Shown: piece by piece, positions 44,633 through 53,406 of the stretch
Layout of the letters: each line of letters opens with the position of its first letter
How positions within the stretch are numbered: the first letter of the stretch is position 1
Assembly (NCBI GenBank): GCA_023460315.1
Contig: JAEWQO010000096.1
Coordinates: 8,587 to 72,586, forward strand
Length of the DNA: 64,000 nucleotides
Reading direction: 5' to 3'
DNA from: Actinomycetes bacterium
GTDB lineage: Bacteria > Actinomycetota > Coriobacteriia > Coriobacteriales > Eggerthellaceae
Notes under the pieces: generated by a model
Seen by the model: only the letters and a program-made list of their open reading frames with translations
Told to the model about the DNA's origin: nothing
The model's database searches: none
Translations under genes and position numbers: made by a program

Positions 44633-45613
44633 GTGAGATTTCCCTCCTATCGTCCCCGCCGCATGCGCATGAACGAAACGGTGCGCACCTTCATCCGCGA
44701 GACGCCGGCAATCGATACCGGCAAGCTCATCTATCCCCTGTTCGTCAAGCCAGGACAGGGGCGCAAGGACGAAATCGAAACCATGCCGGGCATCTTTCAA
44801 TTCAGCCCCGACACGGTGCTCGACGAGATAGACGAAGTGGCCGATCTGGGCATTGGCGCCGTCATGCTGTTCGGCCTGCCCTCACGGAAAGACGCCCGCG
44901 GCAGCGAGGCTTACGACGAGCGTGGCATCGTGCAGGAGGCCATCCGCGCCATCAAGGCGCATCGCCGCTCTCTGTACGTGATCACCGACGTATGCCTCTG
45001 CGAGTACACGGACCACGGACACTGCGGCCTGCTGGACAAAACGGGATGCGTGGCGAATGATGACACGCTTGAGTTGTTGGCCGCCGAGGCGGTGAGCCAT
45101 GCGCGCGCCGGCGCCGACATGGTTGCTCCCTCCGATATGATGGACGGCCATGTGGCCGCGCTGCGCGGCTCCCTTGACGCAGCCGGCTTTTCCAGCACGC
45201 CGATCATGTCGTATTCCGCGAAATACGCGTCCGGCTTCTACGGTCCGTTTCGCGAAGCGGCCGACTCAGCCCCCGCCTTCGGAGACCGACGGGCCTACCA
45301 GATGGATCCCTCCAACGTCGAAGAGGGTCTGCGCAGGACCGCACTCGACATCGACGAGGGAGCCGACATGGTGATGGTGAAGCCAGCGCTTGCCTATCTG
45401 GATGTGCTGCGGGCCGTGAAGCGGGAATTCGGCTATCCTACCGTGGCCTACAACGTGAGCGGCGAGTATTCCATGGTGAAGGCGGCGGCTCAGGCAGGAA
45501 TGATCGACGAGCGGCGCATCGTGATGGAATCGCTCACCTGCATGACGCGTGCCGGAGCCGACGCCATCATCACCTACCACGCCAAGGAGGTGGCCCAATG
45601 GCTGAAAAGGTAA
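44633..45613 (+). CDS. hemB: Porphobilinogen synthase (ALA dehydratase) HemB
   Basis: ORF 44633..45613(+), GTG start. RPRRMRMNETVR, the Cys-rich metal site DVCLCEYTDHGHCG (Zn type), and the active-site Lys context MVKPA. Confidence 0.95.
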   Translation: MRFPSYRPRRMRMNETVRTFIRETPAIDTGKLIYPLFVKPGQGRKDEIETMPGIFQFSPDTVLDEIDEVADLGIGAVMLFGLPSRKDARGSEAYDERGIVQEAIRAIKAHRRSLYVITDVCLCEYTDHGHCGLLDKTGCVANDDTLELLAAEAVSHARAGADMVAPSDMMDGHVAALRGSLDAAGFSSTPIMSYSAKYASGFYGPFREAADSAPAFGDRRAYQMDPSNVEEGLRRTALDIDEGADMVMVKPALAYLDVLRAVKREFGYPTVAYNVSGEYSMVKAAAQAGMIDERRIVMESLTCMTRAGADAIITYHAKEVAQWLKR

Positions 45614-46635
45614 CGTTGGACGATCTCGTCCTCTCCCGAATTCAGACCGGCTTTCCCCTGTCAGCCCGCCCCTACGATGTGTTGGCCGACCTGTTTGACG
45701 TCTCACCCGAAGCGGTGCAGGCTGCCACCGCAAACCTGCGCGGGCGGGGAATCATCCGCCGCATCGGAGCCACGTTTGACCCTTCCCACCTAGGATACGT
45801 GTCCACCCTGGCAGCCCTCGCCGCACCGGAAGACCGCATTGACCGCATCGCCGACATCGTCAACGGATACGACGAGGTGACGCACAACTACCAGCGCGAT
45901 GACCGCCACAGTCTCTGGTTCACGGTCATCGCCCCCTCGCGCCCCCGCATCGGCGCAGTGCTGGCAGCGATCGAATCCCGGGCAGCGTGCGGCCCCGTGC
46001 TCGACCTGCCCGCCACGCGCCTGTTCAAGATCCGCGTGAATTTCCCAGTGGCAGGAATCGACGTCGCCGGGTTCGAGCCTCACACCACCGTCCCCGCCAG
46101 CGTGCGCCCAGCCCTCTTCACGGATGCCGAACGGACGCTCGTGCGCGCCTTGCAGGGTGACATCGGCACCGGACCCACCCCCTTTGCCGACCTGGCCGAG
46201 ACCGTCGGCATCACCGAGGCCGAGGTGATTGCAACCGTCGATCAGTGGTGCAAGGCAGGCATCGTCCGACGCCTGGGCGCCGTGGTGCGGCATCGCACGA
46301 TGGGAGTGACGGCCAACGCCATGACCGTATGGGACGTGCCCGACGACCGCGCGGTGGACGCGGGCGAGGCGATGGCGTCTTTCACAGAAGTCAGCCACTG
46401 CTACGAACGCGTGCGGGCGGAAGCCTGGCCCTCCAACCTGTATGCCATGGTCCATGGGCCCACCCCCGATGCGTGCCGTCAGACAACCGCCCGCATCCAT
46501 GCCTCGCTCGCCGCCCGAGGCATCACCGTTCCCGCTCCACGGCTGCTGTTTTCCACCAAGGAGTTCAAGAAGACTTCCATGCGCTACTTCGCGGAAGACG
46601 CAGGTCGCACCGTGCCACCGGCCGAAAGGAGATGA
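45598..46635 (+). CDS. ahbAB: Siroheme decarboxylase, fused AhbA-AhbB (NirD/L/G/H family) protein
   Basis: ORF 45598..46635(+), 345 aa. Two tandem AsnC/Lrp-like HTH-plus-effector modules are present: (LVLSRIQTGFPLSARPYDVLADLFDVSPEAVQAATANLRGRGIIRRIGATF...VTHNYQR) and (LVRALQGDIGTGPTPFADLAETVGITEAEVIATVDQWCKAGIVRRLGAVV...VSHCYER). Confidence 0.75.
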   Translation: MAEKVTLDDLVLSRIQTGFPLSARPYDVLADLFDVSPEAVQAATANLRGRGIIRRIGATFDPSHLGYVSTLAALAAPEDRIDRIADIVNGYDEVTHNYQRDDRHSLWFTVIAPSRPRIGAVLAAIESRAACGPVLDLPATRLFKIRVNFPVAGIDVAGFEPHTTVPASVRPALFTDAERTLVRALQGDIGTGPTPFADLAETVGITEAEVIATVDQWCKAGIVRRLGAVVRHRTMGVTANAMTVWDVPDDRAVDAGEAMASFTEVSHCYERVRAEAWPSNLYAMVHGPTPDACRQTTARIHASLAARGITVPAPRLLFSTKEFKKTSMRYFAEDAGRTVPPAERR

Positions 46636-46639
46636 TCCC

Positions 46640-47941
46640 ATGAAACACACGAGGTCAAAGAAGCTGTTCGACGAGGCACGGCAGTTCATACCCGGAGGAG
46701 TCAACTCGCCCGTGCGTGCATTCGCGAACGTCCACGCCCAACCGGTGTTCTACGAGCGGGCTCAAGGCAGCCGGGTCATCGACGTTGACGGCAACGAATA
46801 CCTCGACTTCATCGGCTCATGGGGACCCATGATTTTGGGACATCGCCCCGCCTGCGTGATGGAGGCAGTCGCGGGCCAGCTGACCCGCGGAACCTCGTTC
46901 GGCGCACCCTGCGAGGCAGAGGTGCGCCTGGCTCAGAAAATCTGCGAGCTCGTCCCTGCGGCCGAGCGGGTGCGCATGGTGTCCTCAGGCACGGAAGCCA
47001 CCATGAGCGCCCTGCGCCTTGCGCGCGGCTTCACCGGCCGGCCAAAGTTCGTGAAGTTTGAAGGCAACTACCATGGACACAGCGATGCATTGCTGGTCAG
47101 CGCAGGATCGGGTGTGGCAACCTTCGGCGTTCCCGGCACACCGGGCGTGACCGAGGGCGCCGTGGCCGACACCGTCATCGCTCCCTACAACGACCTCGCT
47201 GCCGTGCGGGCGGCATTTGAACGGCATCCGCAGGACATCGCGGCCGTCATCGTGGAGCCCGTCGCGGGAAACATGGGCGTAGTGCCACCATGCGCGGGGT
47301 TTCTGCAGGGATTGCGCGACCTGTGCACCCGCTTTGGATCCCTCCTGATATTCGATGAGGTCATTTCAGGATTCCGCCTCTCGCTGGGAGGGGCGCAGCA
47401 GCTGTTCGGCGTCACCCCTGACCTGTGCTGCTTCGGGAAGATCATCGGCGGCGGCTTTCCTGTGGGAGCTTTCGCCGGCCGCGCCGACATCATGGACCTG
47501 CTCTCCCCCCAGGGACCCATCTACCAAGCAGGCACGCTTTCCGGCAATCCGGTGGCCATGGAGGCCGGCCTTGCCATGCTCCGCGAACTCGAGAGCAATC
47601 CTCCCTACGATCGCCTCGAACGGCTGGGGGACCGCATGGAACAAGGACTCTTAGAAGCCATCGAGGCGACCGGTGCCACGGCGACCGTCACGCGCGTCGG
47701 ATCGTTGCTCACGCTGTTCTTCTCCGACGAACCGGTGGACCGGTGGGAAAAGGCCGCAAAGTGCGACACCGAAGCCTTCGCCCGCTATTTTCATGGTATG
47801 CTTGCACGCGGCTTCCTCATAGCTCCCAGCCAATATGAAGCGCTGTTCCTTTCGGCCGCGCACACGCGTGACGATGTCGACAGCTTCGTGCAGGCGGCCC
47901 ATGAGGCTCTCGCAGACGCAGAGAGCAGTCAGCAGCCATAA
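46640..47941 (+). CDS. hemL: Glutamate-1-semialdehyde 2,1-aminomutase HemL
   Basis: Internal ATG 46640 of ORF 46442..47941 (MKHTRSKKLFDEARQFIPGGVNSPVRAF), preceded by AAAGGAG. PLP-Lys context GKIIGGGFPVGAF. Confidence 0.95.
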   Translation: MKHTRSKKLFDEARQFIPGGVNSPVRAFANVHAQPVFYERAQGSRVIDVDGNEYLDFIGSWGPMILGHRPACVMEAVAGQLTRGTSFGAPCEAEVRLAQKICELVPAAERVRMVSSGTEATMSALRLARGFTGRPKFVKFEGNYHGHSDALLVSAGSGVATFGVPGTPGVTEGAVADTVIAPYNDLAAVRAAFERHPQDIAAVIVEPVAGNMGVVPPCAGFLQGLRDLCTRFGSLLIFDEVISGFRLSLGGAQQLFGVTPDLCCFGKIIGGGFPVGAFAGRADIMDLLSPQGPIYQAGTLSGNPVAMEAGLAMLRELESNPPYDRLERLGDRMEQGLLEAIEATGATATVTRVGSLLTLFFSDEPVDRWEKAAKCDTEAFARYFHGMLARGFLIAPSQYEALFLSAAHTRDDVDSFVQAAHEALADAESSQQP

Positions 47942-47950
47942 GCCAACCGC

Positions 47951-48026
47951 GCCCCCTTCGTCTAGCGGCCAAGGACGCCGGCTTCTCGAGCCGGAGACGG
48001 GGATTCGAATTCTTCAGGGGGCACCA
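47951..48026 (+). tRNA. tRNA-Glu (anticodon CUC), CCA encoded
   Basis: Hand-folded cloverleaf. Acceptor GCCCCCU/AGGGGGC, D-stem GUCU/GGAC, anticodon stem CCGGC/GCCGG with loop UUCUCGA (CUC at positions 34-36). T-loop UUCGAAU with T-stem GGGGA/UCUUC (two G.U pairs). Discriminator A plus CCA. It starts 9 nt after the hemL stop. Confidence 0.82.
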
Positions 48027-48249
48027 TCAATGCTCGCACGTGCGCGATGGCCGGCATGTCCATCGTCGACGAGCGGGGTGCATGCGACGACGCATGCAGG
48101 AAAAGCGTGCGGCGGCACTTCCAGGCTGCCGTCAACGAGAAGCGTCCCGGCGACACCGCGGGGCGCAACCGGAAGCGCAAGCACCATCGGCGCTGCCGCC
48201 ACGGGGGGAACCGGCGCGCAAGGATGCGGGGCGGCGCAAACGGGCCGGG

Positions 48250-49182
48250 CTAAAAGAACACCTTCGCCACATGCTCGTAAAAGTCCTCGCATTGGTAGCG
48301 AAGCAGCACGGTGGGTGCGCTTCCCCTGCTGATTCTCACCCGCTCGACCGGCCGGTCGAAAGCGAGCAGGTCCCCGTCGACGAACAGCGTGGCATCACGG
48401 GCATCCGCATTCTGCGACAGATCCATTTCCACCACGTCATTGCACGACGTCACGATGGCGCGCGAATGCAGCGTGTGCGGCGCGAGAGGCACGACCACCA
48501 GTCCGTTGAAGCCAGGCGCCACCAGCGGGCCGCCCGCAGACAGCGCATACGCCGTGGACCCCGTGGCCGTGGCGACCACCAGCCCATCGCCTCGCATGTC
48601 GGCGATATGGGCGTCCGAGATATCGAGGCCAAAATCAATGATGCGCCCATTCGCGCCACGCGTGGCCACCAGCTCGTTGAGCGCGAAGAACGTGCGTCCG
48701 GGCACGCCTTCGTCTCCCAGCCCGTCGAAATAACCGTCGCCCTCCTCGCAATCGCCCCCGTCGCGAGCGGACGCGGGATCGTTCTCGTCATCCCCTTCGC
48801 ACACCACGTCAATGCGCAGGTTCGTGCGTCGCTCGGCCACCACATCGCCGGCCAGCGCGGCCGCCACGATAGCCACGACGCCAGCGTCGCTGGCATTTGC
48901 CAAAAATCCCAGCCGTCCGAAGTTGATGCCCAGAATGGGCACGCCCGAAGTGCCGATCTGGCGGGCTGTGCGCAGGATGGTGCCGTCACCGCCAAGCACG
49001 ACCGCCAGGTCGATGCCCGAAGCGAGCGCCTTGTTCAGCCGCTCATGATCACATCGGGCCGTGAGTTCAGAGGAATCGACCAAGGTGTAGTCCAAGAACT
49101 GCGTGACCACATACGTCGCCAACAGCAGAGAAGCATCGACCGCCTGCGAGTTGGAGTTATTGCGTATGATGAGGATATGCAT
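48250..49182 (-). CDS. nadK: NAD kinase NadK
   Basis: ORF 48250..49476(-), with the start set at ATG 49182 (MHILIIRNNSN...; ATG 49218 is possible). GGDGTILR, NFGRLGFL, and TGSTAYALSAGGP motifs. An insertion of about 35 aa (acidic, Gly/Asp/Glu-rich) lies in the middle. Confidence 0.88.
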   Translation of the reverse strand: MHILIIRNNSNSQAVDASLLLATYVVTQFLDYTLVDSSELTARCDHERLNKALASGIDLAVVLGGDGTILRTARQIGTSGVPILGINFGRLGFLANASDAGVVAIVAAALAGDVVAERRTNLRIDVVCEGDDENDPASARDGGDCEEGDGYFDGLGDEGVPGRTFFALNELVATRGANGRIIDFGLDISDAHIADMRGDGLVVATATGSTAYALSAGGPLVAPGFNGLVVVPLAPHTLHSRAIVTSCNDVVEMDLSQNADARDATLFVDGDLLAFDRPVERVRISRGSAPTVLLRYQCEDFYEHVAKVFF

Positions 49183-49247
49183 GAGGCTCTTCTTTCCGAG
49201 TTTGCTATGATGAGCCATTATAACCAAGCGTGAGGAAGCATCCGTCC

Positions 49248-51194
49248 ATGTCAGACAAGCTCGCACGAGCTCAACATACGCGTGTTTCCAATCCGGAAAA
49301 AACGTCAGAGCTGCGTGTCGGAGGACGGCACGCCGGGACCGATCGAACCCTGTCGGCCACTTGCGCCCCAACGCGTGAGACGCCGGCGGATTCCCTTGCA
49401 CCCAAGCACGCGGCCCGTCCCCGTCCCCCGGTTGAGGCAAGCCCGCACTCCCCGGCAGGACCGAGCGCTCGGCCATCGTCCGAGATGCCTCCGCGCCCCC
49501 AGCTTGATCCCGGAAAAACCTCCGAGATCATTATCGTCGGCAAGCACACGGGAGAAGACAAGACACGCCTGGCCGCTTCGGCTGACCGGGGCGAAAGCAG
49601 CGACACCGCCTCCGTTGGCTCATCAGCCGCCCTCATAAGCGTCTGCACGCTGATTTCGCGGATACTCGGCTTTGGGCGCACGTGGACCATGGCCTTCGCC
49701 TTAGGGTCCACCATGCTTGCCAGTTCTTACACCGTGGCAAACACGGTGCCCAACATGCTGTTTGAGCTTGCGGCCGGAGGGATGATCGTCACCGCCTTTT
49801 TGCCCGTCTACGTGTCAGTCAAAAAGCGGCTTGGCCAAAAAGAAAGCAACGCCTACGCATCCAACCTGCTCACGCTTGTCGTGGTGTTTCTTGGCATCGT
49901 TTCCTTGCTCTGCATGGCATTTCCTTCTCTGGTCATTTACACGCAGAGCTTTTATTCCGAGCAGTCGGAAATGTCCACCGCCGTTTTCTTCTTCCAGTTC
50001 TTTGCGGTTCAAATTGTATTTTATGGAGCAAGCTCCCTGGTCCAAGGGCTGCTTAACGCCAATCGCGACTACTTGTGGCCCTCCATCGCCCCTGCAGCCA
50101 ACAGCCTTATCGTCATTGCCGCTTTCCTGGCTTACGCCTTTATATCCCCCACCAACCCCACCCTTGCACTCTACCTTATCGCCCTCGGCAATCCCCTCGG
50201 CGTGTTCGCACAACTTGCCATCCAGCTGCCCGCCCTCAAGCGCAATGGCATACGGTTGCGCCCGCGCATCGATTTCCACGATCCCGCTTTGCGCGAGACG
50301 CTGGGCATCGGCGCACCCGCCGTGTTCGTCATGCTGTGCTCGTCGGTGGTGGTGTCGGTCCAGACCGCAGCTGCCTATAGCTTCGCCGACAACGGACCCT
50401 CCCTCATTGCGTTTGCGCGCCTGTGGTTCACGCTGCCCTATGCGTTTCTCGCGGTGCCCATCACCACCGCCATGTTTACCGAGCTGTCCGACATGCAGGC
50501 CGACGGCGATATCGAAGGCGTCAAGCGGGGCATCGTCAGCGGAACCAACCAGATTCTGTTTTTCATGATTCCATTTGCCCTGTACCTCATGGTCTTTTCC
50601 CTCCCCCTCGTCACGCTTTACCATGCAGGCGCGTTCACCATGGATAACGTTAACTCCATCGCGCGCTACTTGGCCGTCCTTGCCTTTTCCTTGCCCGTTT
50701 ACGGCGTCAACACCTACCTGCAGAAGACCTTCAGCAGTTTGCGCCGCATGGGCGTATTTGCCGGATTCAACTTCCTTGCCGGCGCAGCCCAAATTGGGCT
50801 CACCATGTTCGGTGCCGCCCATGCAGACCAATTCCCCATCGAAATAATCGCCCTTGGCGAGCTGCTCTTTTACCTCGTTGCAGACGTGAGCCTCTTCATC
50901 TACCTGAGACATGCCTTCGGGGCTTTCGGCATTCGGTCCATCGTGAAAGCTTGCCTGTTCGGCGTGCTGTTCGGAGGCGTGGGCGCCGCGGCCGGCGCAG
51001 GTGTTTTGGCGCTCCTGGAAACGTTTGCCGGCCCGCTCTCGGGATCGATTGTCCAAGCCCTCATATACCTTATCGCTGCAGGAGTTGTGGCCCTGGCCGT
51101 GACCTTTGGCCTCTCCATCAAGCTCCATGTGCCAGAAGCGGCTTTCCTGACCGCCATCGCCCAAAAAGTGAAGGGCAGGCTGGGACGCGCTTAG
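49248..51194 (+). CDS. murJ: Lipid II flippase MurJ (MviN) with ~125-aa N-terminal low-complexity extension
   Basis: ORF 49230..51194(+). GTG at 49230, first ATG at 49248. The MOP/MurJ core starts near SSAALISVCTLISRILGFGRTWTMAFALGSTMLASSYTVANTVPNMLFELAAGG and has about 14 TM helices. Confidence 0.85.
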   Translation: MSDKLARAQHTRVSNPEKTSELRVGGRHAGTDRTLSATCAPTRETPADSLAPKHAARPRPPVEASPHSPAGPSARPSSEMPPRPQLDPGKTSEIIIVGKHTGEDKTRLAASADRGESSDTASVGSSAALISVCTLISRILGFGRTWTMAFALGSTMLASSYTVANTVPNMLFELAAGGMIVTAFLPVYVSVKKRLGQKESNAYASNLLTLVVVFLGIVSLLCMAFPSLVIYTQSFYSEQSEMSTAVFFFQFFAVQIVFYGASSLVQGLLNANRDYLWPSIAPAANSLIVIAAFLAYAFISPTNPTLALYLIALGNPLGVFAQLAIQLPALKRNGIRLRPRIDFHDPALRETLGIGAPAVFVMLCSSVVVSVQTAAAYSFADNGPSLIAFARLWFTLPYAFLAVPITTAMFTELSDMQADGDIEGVKRGIVSGTNQILFFMIPFALYLMVFSLPLVTLYHAGAFTMDNVNSIARYLAVLAFSLPVYGVNTYLQKTFSSLRRMGVFAGFNFLAGAAQIGLTMFGAAHADQFPIEIIALGELLFYLVADVSLFIYLRHAFGAFGIRSIVKACLFGVLFGGVGAAAGAGVLALLETFAGPLSGSIVQALIYLIAAGVVALAVTFGLSIKLHVPEAAFLTAIAQKVKGRLGRA

Positions 51195-51316
51195 CCACAA
51201 CCATCCCGGCCAAGCCATGCCCAACCATGGATTAAACGTGATGTTCCTCGTTGTGCCGCGCCGATTTTTTCGAAATTTACCCTATAATATGTCGCATACG
51301 ACGTAAGGACTTTTTC

Positions 51317-51730
51317 ATGGATCTGATGTTAATTAAAATGCTCAACACCGCAGTCGAACGCCAGCTTAACAAAGAGTTAGCTCCGCTTGGAATCACCTAT
51401 ACCCAGGCAGCTGTGGTGGGATTCATCGCCAAAAACCCGCGCGACGATCTCTTCCAGAAGGACTTGGAAGAAGGCCTGGGTCTCACCCATCCCACCATGA
51501 GCAGCATTGTGAGCAGACTCGAAGCAAAGGGGCTGGTAGACGTTTCTCCGCTTAAACAAGACAGGCGCTACAAGCGCATTGCCCTCACTCCTCAAAGCCG
51601 CGCGCTCAACGGCGAGATAGCGAAAAAGATAGAGAACATTGCCACGCTTGCCCTTGACGGAATCGATCCCGCAGCTCAGGAAGAGTTCAGCCGCACCCTC
51701 GGCGCCATGACACGCAATCTCAACGGATAG
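51317..51730 (+). CDS. MarR-family transcriptional regulator
   Basis: Internal ATG 51317 of ORF 51251..51730 (MDLMLIKMLNTAVERQLNKELAPLGITYTQAAVVGFI...). Winged-helix segment DLEEGLGLTHPTMSSIVSRLEAKGLVDVSPLKQDRRYKRIALT. Confidence 0.85.
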   Translation: MDLMLIKMLNTAVERQLNKELAPLGITYTQAAVVGFIAKNPRDDLFQKDLEEGLGLTHPTMSSIVSRLEAKGLVDVSPLKQDRRYKRIALTPQSRALNGEIAKKIENIATLALDGIDPAAQEEFSRTLGAMTRNLNG

Positions 51731-51834
51731 GGCACCCCGTTCGAGCTTCGCCCTGCTCTTTTGACCAACCGCGTTGGCTCCTTTTCAGGTAGGCCAATCC
51801 CCCTGTTGGCCCTGAGCGGTATCGCTTTGGCAAC

Positions 51835-51880
51835 GGCCGTCCCACCCCTCTGCTGCAGACGGCAGAGGGGTGGGACGGCC
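51835..51880 (+). other. Very stable hairpin (19-bp perfect GC-rich stem, 8-nt loop) between marR and the MFS gene
   Basis: GGCCGTCCCACCCCTCTGC tgcagacg GCAGAGGGGTGGGACGGCC. The arms are at 51835-51853 and 51862-51880, and no T-tract follows on either strand. Confidence 0.9.
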
Positions 51881-51978
51881 AGGATGAGCTGGCGAAACGA
51901 GAACGACCCCCTTTCATTGAAGATATCCGGTCTCACACGATATCCCACCACGTACCTTTAGAAAGCGAGTAGAACTTT

Positions 51979-53406
51979 ATGGCAGAAAAAACGTTTAAGC
52001 ATCCCCCCTTCATCATCATGCTTGGTCTTTTGATAGGAGGTTTTGTCGGGCTCTATGGAGAGTCTGCTTTAAACATTGCCCTGTCTCATTTCATGACGGA
52101 CTTTTCGCTCGAAGCGACCACCGCCCAGTGGCTTACTACAGGATATCTGCTGGTTGTTGGCGTTGTGCTTCCCACTTCAAGCCTCCTTGTCAGATGGTTC
52201 ACCACCCGACAACTCGCATTCTTTTCATTCATGTGCTTCTTGGTGGGCGCCTTGCTTTCTGGAACCGCTTCGACCTTCAGCATTCTGATGGCAGGACGCC
52301 TTATCCAAGGAATTGCGACCGGCATCCTCTTGCCGCTGCTATTCAGCACGGCCCTTGCCATATATCCTCAGGAAAAGCGCGGAGCAGCCATGGGCATGAT
52401 CGGACTGGTGGTGATGTTTGCCCCTGCCCTCGGACCCACACTCGCCGGTTTCATTCTGGAATACCTTTCTTGGAACTGGATATTCTTTCTGATGATTCCC
52501 GTTGTGCTGGCGGCCGCCGTGGTGTCATTTTTCTTCCTTGAAAACGTGCAGGACATCACACGTCCCCCGGTCGATGTCGCATCGATTGTCCTGTCAACCC
52601 TTGGATTTGGCCTGCTGGTGTTCGGAGTGAGCGAAGGGGGCGAACGAGGCTGGGGAAGCATTCCTGTGCTGGCAAGCCTCATTCTTGGCATCGCCTCGCT
52701 GGCAGTATTTTGCCGGCGCCAATTCTCCTTGGATGAGCCGTTCTTGGACGTTCAATGCTTTCGCAGCAAAGAGTTTTCCCGTGGAGCAGCGCTGGTGGCC
52801 CTCGACAACGCCATCCTCATGGCAGCGGTGCTGGTGATTCCTTTGTTTCTTCAAAAGAGCCTCCTGATTCCCACCGTTCTTGCCGGATTGCTGATGCTGC
52901 CCGGAGGCATCGTGAACGGGTTGGTTTCAACCGTTGCCGGAAACCTCTTTGATAAACGAGGCGCACGCATGGTGGTTCGCACCGGATTTATCGCAAGCCT
53001 TGTTGCAGCTCTTCTTTTGATGCAGGTCTCCGTCGAAACAAGCCTCCTGCTGGTTGTGGTGGGGCACATCATCTTGATGGTGGGCGCGCCCCTTGCCATG
53101 TCCCCGTCTCAAACCTATGCCCTCAACGCTCTTCCTTCCACGTTGAATTCGGATGGCACCACCATCCTCAGCACCCTCCAGCAAATTGCCGGCGCGCTGG
53201 GAACCGCCTTGGTGACCAGCGCGATGTCGTGGGGAGAAAGCGCGTCTGTGCAGGCCGGGATAACGGCGGAAACCGCCAATATCGCAACCGGCTCGCAATA
53301 CGGGTTCGCCCTGGTTGCCCTTATAGCCGCCTTGGGGCTCATCGCCTCGTTCGGCTTGAAGAAAAAAAGCGAGTGCCAAGGAGCTGACGTGAGCGCGGAA
53401 GCATAA
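51979..53406 (+). CDS. MFS transporter, 14-TM DHA2 (EmrB/QacA-like) drug:H+ antiporter family
   Basis: ORF 51979..53406(+), 475 aa, about 14 TM helices. MFS motif A-like LLSGTASTFSILMAGRLIQGIATG. It is paired with an upstream MarR gene, the classic efflux arrangement. Confidence 0.88.
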   Translation: MAEKTFKHPPFIIMLGLLIGGFVGLYGESALNIALSHFMTDFSLEATTAQWLTTGYLLVVGVVLPTSSLLVRWFTTRQLAFFSFMCFLVGALLSGTASTFSILMAGRLIQGIATGILLPLLFSTALAIYPQEKRGAAMGMIGLVVMFAPALGPTLAGFILEYLSWNWIFFLMIPVVLAAAVVSFFFLENVQDITRPPVDVASIVLSTLGFGLLVFGVSEGGERGWGSIPVLASLILGIASLAVFCRRQFSLDEPFLDVQCFRSKEFSRGAALVALDNAILMAAVLVIPLFLQKSLLIPTVLAGLLMLPGGIVNGLVSTVAGNLFDKRGARMVVRTGFIASLVAALLLMQVSVETSLLLVVVGHIILMVGAPLAMSPSQTYALNALPSTLNSDGTTILSTLQQIAGALGTALVTSAMSWGESASVQAGITAETANIATGSQYGFALVALIAALGLIASFGLKKKSECQGADVSAEA

